NCBI GenBank assembly: GCA_020137815.1
Contig: CM035357.1
Span: 6,138,001-6,202,000 of the forward strand
Length of the DNA stretch: 64,000 nucleotides
Direction: 5' to 3'
Source: Hormiphora californensis
Taxonomy: Eukaryota > Animalia > Ctenophora
The notes under the pieces were generated by a model. That model did not search any database. It was not told the DNA's origin and saw only the letters and a program-made list of their open reading frames with translations. Shown piece by piece: positions 10,774-23,652 of the stretch; position 1 is the stretch's first letter; each line of letters begins with the position of its first letter. The position numbers and the translations under genes are program-made.

Positions 10774-13723
10774 ATGATTCTTGGAAGGCGAGTCTCCACT
10801 TCTACCCCTACCATGATTTTGTTGTTTTTATCCTTCTTTTTATCGGCGCTAGCCGGGCAAACTATGCCCTGGGACTATTGGGGGTATTATAATTGGGGTC
10901 ACCGCGGGTCCCGGTCAGTACCAAACAGGCAAACTGATTTAGATGATAACAGACGTAAGTACAATCAGTTCAATTATCTGCATCTGCCAGGCGAGGGGTG
11001 TGGTCAGGCATCACGCTGTGCACTTTATATACACATCGCTTTAATTTTAAGATATTATAATACTTGCCTGGCTAGACTGTGTTTCGGAAGCCCCAAATGT
11101 AAAGGGAGGGTTAGAACATAACAATATAATACATATCCTGCTACAGATCCTGATACTACCGTTGCCTCAGTTGACAAGACGGTAGCCGTGGTGACTGGAG
11201 ATGTAAATGGAGATGTGACTGAATATGTGACTCCTCCCAGCTGGTCCTGGGTTGATGACTGGGTGACTGGAGGTGTGACTGGAGGTGTGACTGGAGATGT
11301 GACTGAAGATGTGACTGGAGATGTGACTGGAGATGTGACTGAATATGTGACTCCTCCCAGCTGGTCCTGGGTTGATGACTGGGTGACTGGAGGTGTGACT
11401 GGAGATGTGACTGAAGATGTGACTGGAGATGTGACTGGAGATGTGACTGGAGATGTGACTGGAGGTGTGACTGAAGATGTGACTGGAGATGTGACTGGAG
11501 ATGTGACTGAATATGTGACTCCTCCCAGCTGGTCCTGGGTTGATGACTGGGTGACTGGAGGTGTGACTGGAGATGTGACTGGAGATGTGACTGGAGATGT
11601 GACTGGTGATGTGACTGGAGATGTGACTGGTGATGTGACTGGTGATGAGACTGGTGATGAGACTGGTGATGTGACTGGTGATGTGACTGGTGATGTGACT
11701 GGTGATGTGACTTCGCCATCGTAGATTTTTTGTGATTTTGTTTTTGGTGATTATAGGGACCCATATGGACCAAATAGTGAAGGAATTAGCTTGTTACACA
11801 TTTTTCCATAGTTTCGGTCCTTTCTTAGCTAAAATTCCCTAATTCCAGGATATTGGAGTTTAGCTTTTGCCCTTTTCATGAAATTTGTTTTTCGCAATTA
11901 CAGCAAAAACGGTTGAAGTAGGAGCAAAATGTCTCTCAGAAGACCCCCCCCCCCCCAAAATCGGACCTTCTGAATCGTTTCAGCATAGTCTCAGGTCTCT
12001 ACGATCAGCTGTTTTTGAGATACAGGGAATTTATTTATTTCTGAAATGACGGCTTTCACAAAAAAAACTCTGTACTGCTTATCTCAAATAAGGACACGCC
12101 CAAAATTTATGGCCACTTAGATAATCGTTAGACGCAACTTTTCACCAATTTACAGCTTTCACATGTTTTCGGAACTTTGCCAAATAGGGCGTTAAAGTGG
12201 AAAAAAAGAAATCCATCTCAGGACCGGAAATCAGCTCGGATTGCGAAAAAAAATTTTTTGTGGTTATTCACCTTTATGTCCTCTTCAAATCCCCAAATTT
12301 TCATGCTCCTATCTTCAAAAAAAATTTTTTGAGATGCCAAAAACGTATTTACAGGACATTTTTTAAACAGCTGTAGCAAAAATAAAATTGCATATTTGAG
12401 GTCTCCTTGGTATGGCCTACAACCCTACGGTGAGAGATTTCCCTGCACTCGAAAAAAAAATCGGTCGGCGTACCCTTAAGTTCTTATTATACAATATACA
12501 TATTCTGCTACAGATCCTGATACTACCGTTGCCTCAGTTGGCAAGCCGGTGGCCGTGGTGACTGAAGATGTGACTGGAGATGTGACTGGTGATGTGACTG
12601 GTGATGTGACTGGAGATATGACTGGAGATGTGACTGGAGATGTGACTGGAGATGTGACTGGAGATGTGACTGGCCAGATAGGCCAGGCCGCTACTCCGGT
12701 GGGAGAGAAAGTTAACAAACTTGACATGCAACTCAACAGCTTACAAAACCCAGGTTTGGACGCTGTTAGTTTCAGTTTCACCTACGCTTTATCCCCTGGT
12801 GGATGCGAAAAAAGAGTACCAAATAGCATTAGTATTACTTTTCTCTTGACTTATTGCAATCCAACTACCATCCTAATAACTAAAAACGTTTAAAACAGAT
12901 CCATTTATCAAACCCTCACACACCCTCACAGGTTGGGGATGGACACCATCTCGGGAGTGTGGGATCGATTGTCCCTACAATGTAGATGTGACCCAGTACC
13001 AGGCGGTACAGTGGCAAGTTGACACCCAGTACATGGACGGTATCTTTGATTTGGAGTTCGTTAACAAAAAGAGGCGGTATCGTCGCCTTGACAACATGAA
13101 GTAGTGAGTATCACGACACCACTGACCACATCCGTAACGCCTTATCAGTCTGTTTAACGGCGCTGACTCGATCTTAGGGCACGGGGGAGCCAAAAACGTG
13201 ATCGGCGCCGTCAGACAGGCAACAGCCGTCAGGTATCTGACGTGCACTCGAGGTATAACAGGTCGATGTCTTGTTTTAACTTCCTATTATTCAGCTACAA
13301 CTCTCACATGTGGCTCAGAGGCTGTGGGTGGGTTGAGTATCTTGATGCTGCACCCCTGCCCGAAAATGGAACTATCAGAACTTGGGCATACTCCAAAACT
13401 GACACCGGATTTCAGTTGTGGTGTGAGAGGACTCTACTGGTGGATTTCACATATACCCAAGGTATACTGATTAAGAAAATCTGTCTGGCGGCACTGCAGA
13501 TTTCGGTTTGAATTGTCACTGTTCTCAGCAATCCCGCTAGTTTTCTCTTACAATTTGCTCTGCCCTCTGGTTTATGTTGTAGTAATCTCCTATTTGTTCA
13601 GGTCGGTGTATGGATGTTTGGGGAGGTGCTACTATTGGGTTCTTCTTTGAGACCCAGCCCCAGGGTGTTCACCTACTACAACATGGAGGCGATATGTTTT
13701 GGTGGGATAATCAGGATGAATAG
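10774..13723 (+). CDS. Secreted protein, paralog B: signal - (VTGD)n repeat - coiled coil - Trp/Cys-rich domain; exons 10774/10813-10954, 12514-12753, 12899-13103, 13295-13461, 13602-13723
   Basis: Signal MILLFLSFFLSALAG; all junctions GT-AG and in phase; ends MFWWDNQDE*. An extra truncated copy of exon 2 lies at 11147-11724. Confidence 0.85.
11147..11724 (+). pseudogene. Duplicated exon 2 with an expanded 12-bp (VTGD) array, truncated by a transposon fragment
   Basis: Same acceptor and start (ctgctacag|ATCCTGATACTACCGTTGCC) as 12514. The gtgactggagat array contains three EYVTPPSWSWVDDW inserts and runs into TE sequence at 11711; stop at 11722-11724. Confidence 0.75.
11711..12475. mobile_element. 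Right half (spacer plus one TIR) of a Kolobok-like non-autonomous element
   Basis: Matches 47513-48290; ends cgtaccc|TTAA; left TIR absent. Confidence 0.85.
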
Positions 13724-14323
13724 AGAATTAAGCAGGAGGATTAACTGAAGTGAAGAGTGTGGATGATTTACCATTGATAATTGAATAATTGATTAATCAG
13801 TAATTTTTCTGGGAGTGGCTTGTCATATCATTAATTAATGAATGAATAATCGATATACAAATAAAACTAGAGCCTCTAGTTTGTATCGATTATCTAGTAG
13901 AGGGTCAACAGGAGAGTTTTTACCAGAAAATTGTTCCAGTTTCTAAAGGTTCTAGAATGTATTTCGCATGACCTGTGATATGTGTGTGTTACGAATTGTG
14001 GTTGATTAGTCTCGTGTACTGGATGGTGTCAATTTACTGAAAATACTTCTCGTTTCATAAACCTTCTCTCTTTCTTGAGTTCCTGCCTTATCCCATAAAA
14101 CGCATTCATTCATTCTCCTCCCTGTATAATATCAGCCTGGCCTTGTTTTACCCCCCCCCCCCTGTCAGAGTGCTTCAGCTTGTTGGCCCAATTTCACCAT
14201 AAATCCTAATATGTATGCAAGTTAGGTCATAACTGCCCTCTCTTGACACTTTGTATGTGTGGCATTTACGAATATATTACGAGCTCCGTACTTCTGCTAA
14301 GCAAACAATCTTGTAACCACATC

Positions 14324-14743
<420 letters not shown>

Positions 14744-15251
14744 TCTATCTACCTTCCTCTTGCCTAGACTATAGACACACTAACGGTAGTATGGCCATTT
14801 TCCGAGTGGATAGTTTCCTTATTTTGTTGGTATGATCGTGATGTGTCGTGGTATGATCGTGATGTATCTTATCGGGGGAGATAAGGCGACCCTGTTTTGT
14901 CTCGAGTCTCTTTACAATCGTCTATAAATCCTTTACTATTTTCAAAGGGTTTTCTTCTTTTCATAAGTTCTCATAGTGCTCCACGGGAGGGGGGGGGTCC
15001 TTTCACACCCGCCCTATCCAGACCGTCCCTTTTTGTCTGTACTTTTTCTCACACTCAATTGGCCGTTCTTTGTAGCACCCCTACGGAGCTGCTGCACGGG
15101 GAAGGGACGTGAAACAAAGGGTGCTTTGTCTTACTGCTGCACTGATGTCACAACCAACCACTCACACAGCTACCATTTGGACCCCCGTCCTGCTGTCTTC
15201 CTGTCTCTTTTTCTCACAGACATGCTAACGGAAGTTTGGCATGGTCTCTTG

Positions 15252-15800
15252 TTGGCCACATTGATGCCTGAGTGAGATCGAGGTCGCGCAGCGACCGAGA
15301 TCGATCTCACATCTAGGCCTCCGGTCCGTTATTGATTTTAGAGCAAACTTTTTCAAAGACCTGGCTGCAAGGAACTACTGAACCGATTTGCATCTCGTTT
15401 GTTGCTCCTGGCAGATAATTATCTCTAGTTTTACGGAAAATACCCGCGAGTATCAGCATTTGAGGAATAGTGGGTCAAAATTGACGCTAAACATGAGCAA
15501 TTCTTTAAAGATCTGGCTGCAAGCTCCTACTCGGTCCTGGGACAATCTGCGGGTACTGGGGGAATCGTCATGGCCTTGTGAGTATGGGAAAATACCCGCC
15601 GATTCATCACGATGCGAAATGAGGCCATAATTGACCTTTGAGTAGTGCTAGGTCAGCTAAAAAGGTCTCCAAAAACGGTCTATCACGCGCGATCTGCTGA
15701 AAACGTGCTTTATATCGCGCGCACGTGAGTTCTTGCTCTCAACGGACCGGGATCCTATTATTCGCGGAGCGAGAATAGGATGCGATGGATCCAAGGTCTC
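15252..15800. mobile_element. Diverged relative of the 9796-10438 element
   Basis: Shares accgattt(a/g)catc, ggaaaatacccg and gtgggtcaaaattgac blocks; partial inverted arms (ccggtccgtt / aacggaccgg). Right boundary approximate. Confidence 0.55.
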
Positions 15801-16767
15801 TTGTAGGTCCTTCTTTTTCTTCTAAGAGTGTCGGGTATGATACCCTAAAGAACTATCGCGACTTTCGTCATTGCGATTTGGTCGACACTGTGTGAGTGCT
15901 CGTGAGTGACCCCCTCGGGTGTGAGCCCTTAGGTGGAACCCTCGTGGGTAGCTTGTAGGTCCTATGAGTATGATGTCGCTAGCCTTATGTTCAAGAAAGT
16001 ATCGCCAGATTTTTCTAGTATTCTCTATCGGCAAAGTGACACGCCCTCTAACCTCTTGCAGCTCTCTCACTCTCTCACTCTCTCACCCTATCTTATTCCA
16101 TTTCTCTTACTTTCTTTCCCTTTCCCTCTCGGCTCTCACTTATTCAATAATCAATTTCTCTTACTTTCTTTCCCTTCCCTAGACGGCTTTGGATTAACAG
16201 TGTCTGAAAACCCTTCCTTTGGACACATTGTATAATGAGTGAAACCCCTAAACTGAGTTTAAACTGCGTTCATCACAGCTGTTATGGGACGTCAGAGAGG
16301 AGAAACATGTTCTAGGGATTTTGTGCTAGAAAACATGTCTAACAAGACCTGATTTTGAAAGTATTGTGGTTTAACAAACTGCAATGTCTTGTTAGTATAT
16401 TTCTAACCAACCCACACAAGAAAGAGGAAATCCATACAATATGCATCCAGTTGCTGCATCTTCGGACCAAGTGTAACCTTGTACAGTCGGCGAATCTGCG
16501 GATATTTCAAGTTGACTCTGAGTCGCTATGTCGCCGTGATATAATATCTCATACTGAAATGTTGTCAGGATGTTGTAGCAAATATATCCTTATGTTGCAG
16601 CTTAGAATAATGTTTAAATTTCCATTTTTCATCTTGAGTTTTGAATTTACGAGAAAATACTTTTTCGTAAGTTATTCAGTGAGGTCAGGCCTTGTTGAGT
16701 AACCCCTTACTCAATAAGTAAAACCGCAATAGCCTTATTGACACGTTTCAACATGCTATTCCCCCTG

Positions 16768-17057
16768 TTAACGATAGCAAGCTTCACACACCACAGTCAT
16801 TGAGTGCATGAGTCTGAACACAAGCTCCAGTGTGGTCGACTCCATGCCACAGTATGGAGTCCAGTAGTCCACACCCTGCTGCAGCTTCGTAGTGCATGTC
16901 GGAATTTGCACAGCTCTTATAGTTCCAAAGCTGTTAATGAATCTGTCGACAGGATATGTATTCCCTGTAAACAACACGGGTAGTTATAATAGTGATGTTG
17001 TTGCAGTTCGCAGTAACTAACTAAGTGAGTGAAAAGTATGGCGATGGGTAGGACAGA

Positions 17058-17094
<37 letters not shown>

Positions 17095-17793
17095 GAAGTT
17101 TGTGATGTTGTAAAGTTGAAAATAAGTTTGTGCAGCAGCCCACATATATTAGCGTGACAATGCCACTCACTGAGGTCAGTGGTAAAAACGAGGATTTAAT
17201 CCCACCCGAGCTGTGATATATATGTTTCTGGCATGAGGATATATTCAGAAATATTTAGAAGGAAAATAGCAGCTTTATTTGGCCGCAGCTTTGTGAGAAT
17301 GATTTGTGTTAAATTGTCATATTATTTTCCTAAGTCCTGGCATTGTCTCTAACTACTCTGCAGCTCTATCATCAGATAGAGAGCTATATTTAATGCACTG
17401 GAGCTATCTGCTGTTGACAGCTTGTTGTACTACCCAAAAACTCCCGGAATCTCTCTCCCTCTCTCCCCTTTCTTTCTCTCTATCTTCCTCTATATTTCTG
17501 TATCTCTCTTTCTTTCTCTATCTCTCTCCCTCTCCCTCACCGGTTGACACTATAATTTGCATCCAAAGTAGTCCTAACTCCTGAGCGCTAATGCTAAAGG
17601 CACTGCCCAGGTTTCTCGGCACGCTGATTTTTAATCTTCCTTCTTTCTTCCAGCTTTCAGATCTTAACCGCTGTATCTGTTTCGTATACATCTGCACAAT
17701 CCCAGATCTTGACAGTATATTGTCTGCGGCATTGACAAAGCTCCATGTATCAGATTTAGCACTATAATACTCCAGTGCGGGATGATAGGTCGT
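16768..17793 (-). CDS. Two putative terminal coding exons of an unknown gene (17793-17541, 16964-16768)
   Basis: Open 253-nt exon between ctgttag| and |gtgagg (TTYHPALEYY...MQIIVST), phase-compatible with ttacag|GG AAT (GNTYPVDRF...MTVVCEACYR*). No start exon found and no domain recognised. Confidence 0.45.
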
Positions 17794-18080
17794 CTAACAG
17801 GATGATAACATTTTAGACGGTTCCTTTCTGACGGTCCGATCAGAGCTGGGGGAGTATAAAGCCATCTGGAACATGTGTTGGAGCACGCTAAAACGCATTG
17901 AATGCCTTTAGACTCCGCTGAGTTGTGATTCAAGTGACATTTTCCATTGTTGAGTAACAACAAACAATTATTATTTCTCTGACTTCCTCTTCGCTTGGAG
18001 ATAGGATTGGTCATGAAATTACTGTCAGGCCAATTCTCTGTCGATCGCCGTTCTCGCAAGCTGAAATGAAAATAGGGATA

Positions 18081-18260
18081 CAGCGCCGCTTGTAGTCGTA
18101 TTACCGTACTGGAAATACAGTAATCAGACGCACACTTTGCATAACGCACGGCAAAAAGTGCATGTGTTCAGCACGTACTAGCGCCCTGATTGGCCACGGT
18201 TGCGCGTCTTCATACTGTATCTCCGTTTTTCATTACCGTTTTCCCACTACAAGCGACCGG
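18081..18260. mobile_element. MITE, inverted copy of 8664-8844
   Basis: Reverse-complement match across ~180 bp. Confidence 0.75.
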
Positions 18261-19281
18261 GTCAATACATTGCAATGGCACTGTGACAGTGAAATTATGA
18301 CTGTCACAATTGCGTTACACCTGCCATGAAGCTGCATGTGTGTGTGACACGCTCCGTCGAGATAAACACCTAGTACATACTGCATAGTTGCACAAACTTT
18401 TTAATTACCAACTATCTCTCTCCCTCTCACTCTCTCTAACTATCTTTCACACTCTCTCTCTCTCTCTCTCGCAAACAGAAGACAGGGGCGCCTTGTCATA
18501 TTTTGAAATTACTTGAAATTGACGTCAGAAAACTCTCATGAAGTGCAGATAGTATGTTCTGTTATACCCTGTTAACTATCTCACTAAATTAATGTTTCTG
18601 TCTCTTCTAAAGTCCGGTCTAACTATCCGCTATCTATTTCAGTTCTAACTGTTTCTTTTCCTCGTTTTTCACAGGACTGTACCAAGTTGTGCCTTGAGTC
18701 TTGAGTCAATGGTCTATCGATTGTTCTCTGTTTAACCTAGCTCTCTCTCTCTAGACGGTCGACCAGCAGCTACTACAGTATGCAGCAGTTGGAGTGTTTA
18801 AAAAACAGAGAGAAGGATTATAGCTCGCGTGGGTTCAAAACACGGATCAAAATTCGTATGTGATTGACTTTGACCTTCGTACTACAGTACAACACGCCAT
18901 TACATCATTCATTTGGTTGGTTATCAGCCCACTTTTTCATTTATTCCCATTTCTTTTGATGGACCGCGAATGTGTTAATTGTTACACAAATGAGTTAAAG
19001 TAACTGAAACCCCGAGCCGAGTAGCCGATAACACACTCCAGTTTTATTGTGTAAATTACCCATATTTTTATTATTTGAGCAGCATTTCTTTCCCGGGCAG
19101 CAGCTTGTGCGACTCTGAGGAAAGCACTGGAAGGCGGGAGCCCAGTCTATTTTTGTTGTAGCTTCACAATACATATATACAAGTCAGTGCCAATAAATTA
19201 GCTGTCTTGTTTAAGACGAAGCCTTTTACTGTCCGCTCTAATGATACTTTTTGTAGTAAGACTTGCAACTAATCCTGTATA

Positions 19282-19792
19282 CTGTAAAACTAGATATTTT
19301 CGTGAGATTTTTATTTTCGCTCTTTATTTTTGGCTGGAAAATCCGCGAAAATTAATTCCGCGAAAATATTTTGGACGATTTTTTACAGAACGGGAACTTG
19401 CTGGCCATCTTTGAGCTTGTAGAGAAACTTGAGCATTGTAGATGGGAGTAGTGTTAATAATGGTCATGTTCACTCGACCACTGCTCTTATACGTGGCAAG
19501 GGATTCAGTAGGAGTTGTAAGCCAATGAGATGTGAGCCTTTTCTGTCTCATCCCTGATTGGCTATCTCTTAGAGCCAATCAGCAATGAGAAAATGCTCAC
19601 ATTTCATTGGTCTACGCCAAGCAGGTCTGGTATCTCATGGCAATGATGACTTCACTCTTGGCGTAATTAGACAATAGACTAGGACCGTGAAATGGGGGTA
19701 GCAGTGGGATTAGCGAAAATTAAAATCGCGAAAATAGTAAATTTTGATCGAATCGCGAAAATTAATTGCCTCGAAAATATCTAGTTTTACAG
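19282..19792. mobile_element. Tc1/mariner-type MITE
   Basis: TIRs ctgtaaaactagatattttcg / cgaaaatatctagttttacag; TA on both sides; internal cgcgaaaatt repeats. Confidence 0.85.
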
Positions 19793-20449
19793 TAATCAGA
19801 ACTCAGAAGCATGATTCAAGGTACCCGAATAATTAACTCATTTAATTTGCATCTCCATCTTGCCCTAAGTTCCTCCCTCTCTCTAATTTTCATTTAACTC
19901 CCTTTGTTCATTGGCGACTACCTGACCCTACACAAGCAATTAACCTCAAAGCATCCCTAAACACTGAGACTCACATTTTGCAACAAGAAATCATTCTCTA
20001 ACCTCCGTGCACTTTTCTATCATTCTTGACTCTTAAACAGGCTCTTGTTATTCTAATGAAGTGAAATATTTAGGGTTTTGCTGGACCATTATTACAGGGA
20101 AACTATATCTCGTGCGTTCTAGGACTCCCATATATTTGCTATCTAAGTTCTACAAGTTCTACAACAACTCAGCGTTTCATCGCGATCCTTGGATCATGCC
20201 AACTTCTTGGAGCCTGGATTATGCACAAGAGTTGCCTTCAGTCCTGTCTACCTTGTCTACCAGGGGGAGCTAGGGACTGAGAGTGAGAGAAAGGGTCTGG
20301 TAGAAGGGAAGAGAGTGAGAGAAAGGGTCTGATAGAAGGGAAGAGAGTGAGTGGGAAACCATTAAATTTAGTTACAGACAGGGGTGCCTGTGATATCCTA
20401 ATAAATGTGATGATAGATCCATGTTTATCTCTGATCAACTTGTCTCGTT

Positions 20450-21130
20450 ATATGAGGCATAAACTCTGGCCACTGGCGCGTTATTTCAGATAACTTTCTC
20501 CCAGCGCGCCGCTGGGAGAAGTTAGCTGGAGTTTATCCGCCGCTGGCGGATAAACTGGTTTAAATCACGACGACGATCCCGAGGCGGAGCCGAGGGAGAG
20601 GCGGAGGGGTTTAAACCTATAACGTGCCAGTGGTCAGAGTTTATGGGTTATATACCCTGCTTTAGTTGTTTATTTCAAGTATTACACACCAACAAGAGAG
20701 AGAACACTAATCAAAACACACAAAGAGAACTGAGAAATAGTTAAAAACACCTCACAATTGAGTGTACACTGTTTGGTAACAGTTACTAAGCAGTTGCTAA
20801 GGAAAGAGAGTGAAAGAAATAGCCTGATAAGGGGCATGTCACACATAACACAGAGAAAGAGATAGTGAGACAAAAGGGGAGAAAAGAGAGAGTAATTGAC
20901 GGAATGTGTCCTTTCTTTCTCTCCAATGTAGTGTGTAAGTGTTGCACATAGTGTTCCCTCTGTATTTTAGTAAGAACTGATCATTTACACACACTTTGAA
21001 TGTTACGTAGGAGTTAAAAATAAATAACCTGCCAGTGGGAAATAATCTGCCGCTGGACTGGCTGTTTACTGAGAGCGCGCTAGTGGGACTTCTCGCCACT
21101 GGCGTATTATTTAAGTTAGCAGGGTATATA
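20450..21130. mobile_element. Probable non-autonomous element with nested hairpins
   Basis: ataaactctggccactggc / gccagtggtcagagtttat arms enclose two smaller palindromes and ccgaggcggagccgagg; a tatataccctgct / agcagggtatata pair lies further right. Confidence 0.55.
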
Positions 21131-21699
21131 TGTTAATATATGTCCCGAGTCCCCATATGAAGCCTGTTCGATGCGAGTCTGCAAGTAGGCAGCCCTACTG
21201 AGCTGCAATAGTACGGAACTCTGAGTTCTATCGCGGCATTTATCAGTTACCCTAGTAACGTGTATTGGTGATGAAGCAGCTAGAATTCAATTCAGACGCG
21301 AAATCATCATGTGAGATGGGAATTGGACAGACGGCATAATATTTATGATTCGGACTGTAAATTTTCTCACATAATTTGTAAAAGTTCACTCTTTTTCGAC
21401 CTTTTCCTATATGACATAAAGTCAGTGTAGTTAGTGAGTCTAGAGCTGGTGTACAAATTTCTCTCGGACCGCTAGACAACTTTTCACGGGTTAAAACTCA
21501 TTTCAAACTCTCTTTCAAACACTTTCTCTCCCTCTCTTTCTCTCTCTCTGTTTACATCTTTCCTCTCAGTCTATTTAGTCCCTCTATCTTGCTCTGTCTT
21601 TCTCTATTTCGCTCTGTCTCTCTCTCGGTTCCTGTTGACAGGACTTTGTGTCGCGGGGTCGGCGTCGAACTATCCTGTTTATACGCAATTGAGACAGAG

Positions 21700-23040
21700 C
21701 ACGGCGTGCCTGGTGAAATTTTAACACGACCTAGCATGCAACGGGAAACCACCACTTGTACGTGGTAGCTGAGGGTCTACAGAATGGCGCTACGGTGCGG
21801 GAAAAAACATTCCATTCCCTAAAATCGTTTTTTTCACTTTTATTTGATTTGGGTCAAAATTGGCTATATCAAACGTGGTCCCGAAAAATCCATAATGACT
21901 TAGCAAACGAAATAAGTCACCCCTACCTATTTTTGCACGTAGAATCGATTGCCGTTGAAGTCGAATCTCTAAAATGACTGTAAAATGGTCAAAAGTTGAT
22001 TTTTTACCATTTTTTGGAGGTTTTTGGCCCCTAAACCATTGAAAACGTTGAGATAGGAATTTGAAACTAGTGCCAATCGTTAAAATGGTCATTTTTCTAC
22101 CAAGAACCAAGTTTTCGTGTATATCCGATTTATGGTTAGATTTGGGCAAATTGTTGAAATCTGCCAACTAGGAGAACCGTAACTTGATTTTCTTGTTTTT
22201 TGGATTTTGGCATTTTTGAAAAACTTCTGATTGAAATGGCCAGTCGGGACCATGCTTAAGTTGTTTATGGGACAATTTTCGACTAAAATCCAAGATTTCA
22301 TACCAATCCAATAACAGATCGTTGATTTATAGAAAATTTGCGTAGGCAAAACGGTCAAAATAACAACTTTTCTTGCTTATTTTGACCGTTTTGCCTACGC
22401 AAATTTTCTATAAATCAACGATATGTTATTGGATTGGTATGAAATCTTGGATTTTAGTCGAAAATTGCCCCATAAACAACTTAAGCATGGTCCCGACTGG
22501 CCATTTCAATCAGAAGTTTTTCAAAAATGCCAAAATCCAAAAAACAAGAAAATCAAGTTACGGTTCTCCTAGTTGGCAGATTTCAACAATTTGCCCAAAT
22601 CTAACCATAAATCGGATATACACGAAAACTTGGTTCTTGGTAGAAAAATGACCATTTTAACGATTGGCACTAGTTTCAAATTCCTATCTCAACGTTTTCA
22701 ATGGTTTAGGGGCCAAAAACCTCCAAAAAATGGTAAAAAATCAACTTTTGACCATTTTACAGTCATTTTAGAGATTCGACTTCAACGGCAATCGATTCTA
22801 CGTGCAAAAATAGGTAGGGGTGACTTATTTCGTTTGCTAAGTCATTATGGATTTTTCGGGACCACGTTTGATATAGCCAATTTTGACCCAAATCAAATAA
22901 AAGTGAAAAAAACGATTTTAGGGAATGGAATGTTTTTTCCCGCACCGTAGCGCCATTCTGTAGACCCTCAGCTACCACGTACAAGTGGTGGTTTCCCGTT
23001 GCATGCTAGGTCGTGTTAAAATTTCACCAGGCACGCCGTG
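21700..23040. mobile_element. 1341-bp near-perfect palindrome; Chapaev/CMC-like non-autonomous element
   Basis: 664-bp arms with a 13-nt spacer (22364-22376); mirrored ORF pairs in the track; CACGG...CCGTG termini; 4-bp agag on both flanks (weak evidence in an AG-rich context). Confidence 0.85.
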
Positions 23041-23079
23041 AGAGGGAGAGAGAGAGAGGGAAAGAGGGGGAGAGAGAGA

Positions 23080-23157
<78 letters not shown>

Positions 23158-23575
23158 AATAAAGCTGAATGAGCCCTATTTCTTTAACCACCTTGTCAAC
23201 CAATGTCAGTTCTCTTTTACACCTTTCCTGATTGGTTCTTTCCGATGACAAGTCTACCTTTTTTCACAATTCGTCCCGCCAAAATTTTCTTTTCTTTGAT
23301 GCTGTCAGTCAACAGTATCCTATTTGAAACTGCAGTAGCCTTTTCAGTGGACGTCCTTTGTCTAAATTAGCTATTCTAGGGAGTAGGCCCGCTCAATTTA
23401 TTATTCTCCTCTACCATTCATGCTTTTAACTATTATTACTTTACTATTATGTGATGATGTTGGATAAAGCTGTCTGTAGCACGTGTCTGTAGCTACTTCA
23501 TTGTGTGGAGGAGTCACTAAACTTAGGGCCCAACAATTGAAAAACTGTGACATCATTATATAATGCTGGGATGGA

Positions 23576-23647
<72 letters not shown>

Positions 23648-23652
23648 GAGAG
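23041..23652 (+). repeat. (AG)n microsatellites at 23041-23158 and 23575-23652
   Basis: Directly visible. Confidence 0.95.

Noticed and set aside
11156-11773. 205-aa (SHLQ/SHHQ)n ORF on the minus strand
   Set aside because: Antisense reading of the VTGD array; the plus frame has the splice sites and paralog support.
17664-18149. 161-aa minus-strand ORF
   Set aside because: Starts inside a MITE; a different frame has the proper splice signals.
21756-22984. Identical ORF pairs on opposite strands (also 47021/47973)
   Set aside because: Mirror images produced by palindromic elements; no transposase motifs.
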